Shown here: positions 63,801 through 64,000 of the stretch, in pieces | Layout: each line of letters begins with the position of its first letter | How positions within the stretch are numbered: position 1 is the first letter of the stretch | Assembly: GCA_035457485.1 (NCBI GenBank) | Contig: DATIBO010000006.1 | Span: 498,659 to 562,658, forward strand | Origin: Candidatus Saccharimonadales bacterium | GTDB taxonomy: Bacteria > Patescibacteriota > Saccharimonadia > Saccharimonadales > EFPC-124 | Length of the DNA: 64,000 nt | Direction of reading: 5' to 3' | Notes under the pieces: model-generated | The model's database searches: none | What the model saw: only the letters and a program-made list of their open reading frames with translations | What the model was told of the DNA's origin: nothing | Program-made: the position numbers and the translations under genes

Positions 63801-64000
63801 TTTGGGAAGATGGCGAAAACTACATTGTCCAGATTACTCCGGACAAAGGTCGCATCGAAAAACTTGAACTTGATGGTCGCAAGGCACAAGTCAAGACTGG
63901 CACTGAAGTGTTGGCCGGCGATGTGCTTGCTGCCGATAAGGGTGATGCTCGTCCTTTGACTGCTCCGTTTGACGGCGTTGTCGAGGTAACTAAGGGTCAT
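60803..64000 (+). CDS. rpoC: DNA-directed RNA polymerase subunit beta-prime (3' end outside window)
   Basis: Absent from the ORF track because there is no stop in the window. Hand translation from ATG 60803 (TAATG overlap with rpoB): [34 protein letters not shown]...[31 protein letters not shown] is in frame at 62351. Confidence 0.95.
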   Translation, partial: MSGISSGTSIADFDAVRLAVASHEDILDWSYGEVLKPETINYRTQKPERDGLFCERIFGPVKDINPHDAKYKGVRSREAAVDKRGELVTKSIVRRERMGHISLAAPVGHIWFMRGTPSAMSLLLGITVRNIERVAYFASYIVKNVETEKRDQFLADAEAEYEAAKSAIKIRFEKAAEEEGANVKELATAQSKELDEVTEGYLLKKSQLESMQKTQLMSETDYRNLPEEYREIIKVGMGGTALRDLLEQIDLEQLVNELTTEAAEAKGQRKKKVLKRLKVLEGMLRAGIKPASMCITALPVIPPDLRPMVQLTGGRFATSDLNDLYRRVINRNNRLKKLIDLNAPEVIRRNEMRMLQEAVDALIDNSAARSGRAVSATGGRRRLKSLSDMLKGKQGRFRQNLLGKRVDYSGRSVIVAGPELKIHQCGLPKLMALELFKPFVIADLLANEHAHNIKSATRLIESGDSLVWDALDEVIKGKYVLLNRAPSLHRLSIQAFQPKLIEGKAIQLHPLVTKGFNADFDGDQMAVHLPLSDEAQAEAGRLMSATNNLLKPADGTPILNISQDIVLGCYYLTYPKPDAQIKQAKRFASVNEAIAAYDQGLIKLQTPIVVFAKGAERETTLGRVYFNEVLPADLPYVEEVIGKKPLSKVLAKIFDLYGQETTAEVADAIKDLALEFATISAVSTGMTDYFDVEELDGIIGEGDEKTAQISQQYEQGLITDEERYSLTVAAWRAIDKKITDLLQTILVGQDTSVSVMVNSGARGDLSNVKLATAMIGIMVDASGKEIELPIRSSYKKGLSPLEAFVATRGARKGLIDTALRTADSGYLTRRLVDVSQDIFTVEDELEDPGFEIFRAESEETMIAFTDRLYGRYAAEDVKGHVAKGDLISRDIANAIDADEKVTSVRIMSILSCPTLRGVARKSYGIDMATNLLVDTHQPVGVIAAQSVGEPGTQLTLKTFHAGGVAGGDITQGLPRVDELFEARSPKGQAFLSEIPGTAEVWEDGENYIVQITPDKGRIEKLELDGRKAQVKTGTEVLAGDVLAADKGDARPLTAPFDGVVEVTKGH

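Noticed and set aside
60905-64000. Minus-strand ORFs (for example 60905-61372, 62866-63135, 63404-63637) and the apparent lack of a plus-strand ORF after rpoB
   Set aside because: The plus-strand rpoC frame is open from 60803 to the window end and is missing from the track only because it has no stop. The antisense ORFs are spurious.
1-64000. CRISPR arrays, rRNA genes, IS elements, integrases/transposases and prophage structural genes
   Set aside because: I saw no repeat-spacer periodicity, no rRNA-like conserved blocks, and no ORF with DDE, tyrosine or serine recombinase motifs. The only notable repeats are the 46-nt RHS pair and short (9-12 nt) motifs described above.

Overview
This is a 64-kb window from a compact genome of roughly mid-40s %GC. 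It carries a Gram-positive-type housekeeping set: uvrB, gatC-gatA-(orf)-gatB, galU, dnaE, a SpoU methyltransferase, a PilB/GspE ATPase, rplS, rnhB, yraN-like, pepN, nusA, clpC, radA, a PIN-TRAM protein, PBP1A, tyrS, recG, rsmD, tRNA-Leu(UAG), a NUDIX protein, arginase, hisS, tig, hsp20, a PRTase, prs, clpP, rpoB and rpoC (3' end outside the window). Spacers are tiny, stop/start overlaps are common, promoters are often of the extended -10 type, several mRNAs look leaderless, and no biosynthetic operons are present. This style fits a reduced-genome Patescibacteria/Saccharibacteria-like organism, but that taxonomic call is inference only. No rRNA, CRISPR array, IS element, integrase or transposase was seen. 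Noteworthy points: (1) Seven short GC-rich cassettes (about 0.2-1 kb each, 1-3 ORFs) sit exactly in intergenic spacers. Each has a strong AGGAGG(TG) Shine-Dalgarno site and a GC hairpin without a T-tract. They encode three tiny membrane peptides, a 42-aa Cys-rich peptide, a cupin, a 2-TM protein, a TM-anchored 307-aa protein, a PgeF/YfiH-family protein next to tRNA-Leu, and a 170-aa unknown protein. They look like recent imports from a high-GC donor. (2) A 7.8-kb Sec-type RHS/YD-repeat polymorphic toxin carries three PA14 modules, an embedded lectin-like beta-propeller and a glycine-zipper C-terminal tip. Membrane immunity candidates follow it, and a 46-nt perfect repeat marks a decayed orphan tip cassette. 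(3) CIRCE-like operators are wrapped around the -35 boxes of clpC and clpP. (4) RpoC lacks all four Zn-finger cysteines. (5) An unassigned ~300-nt structured non-coding block lies upstream of gatC.
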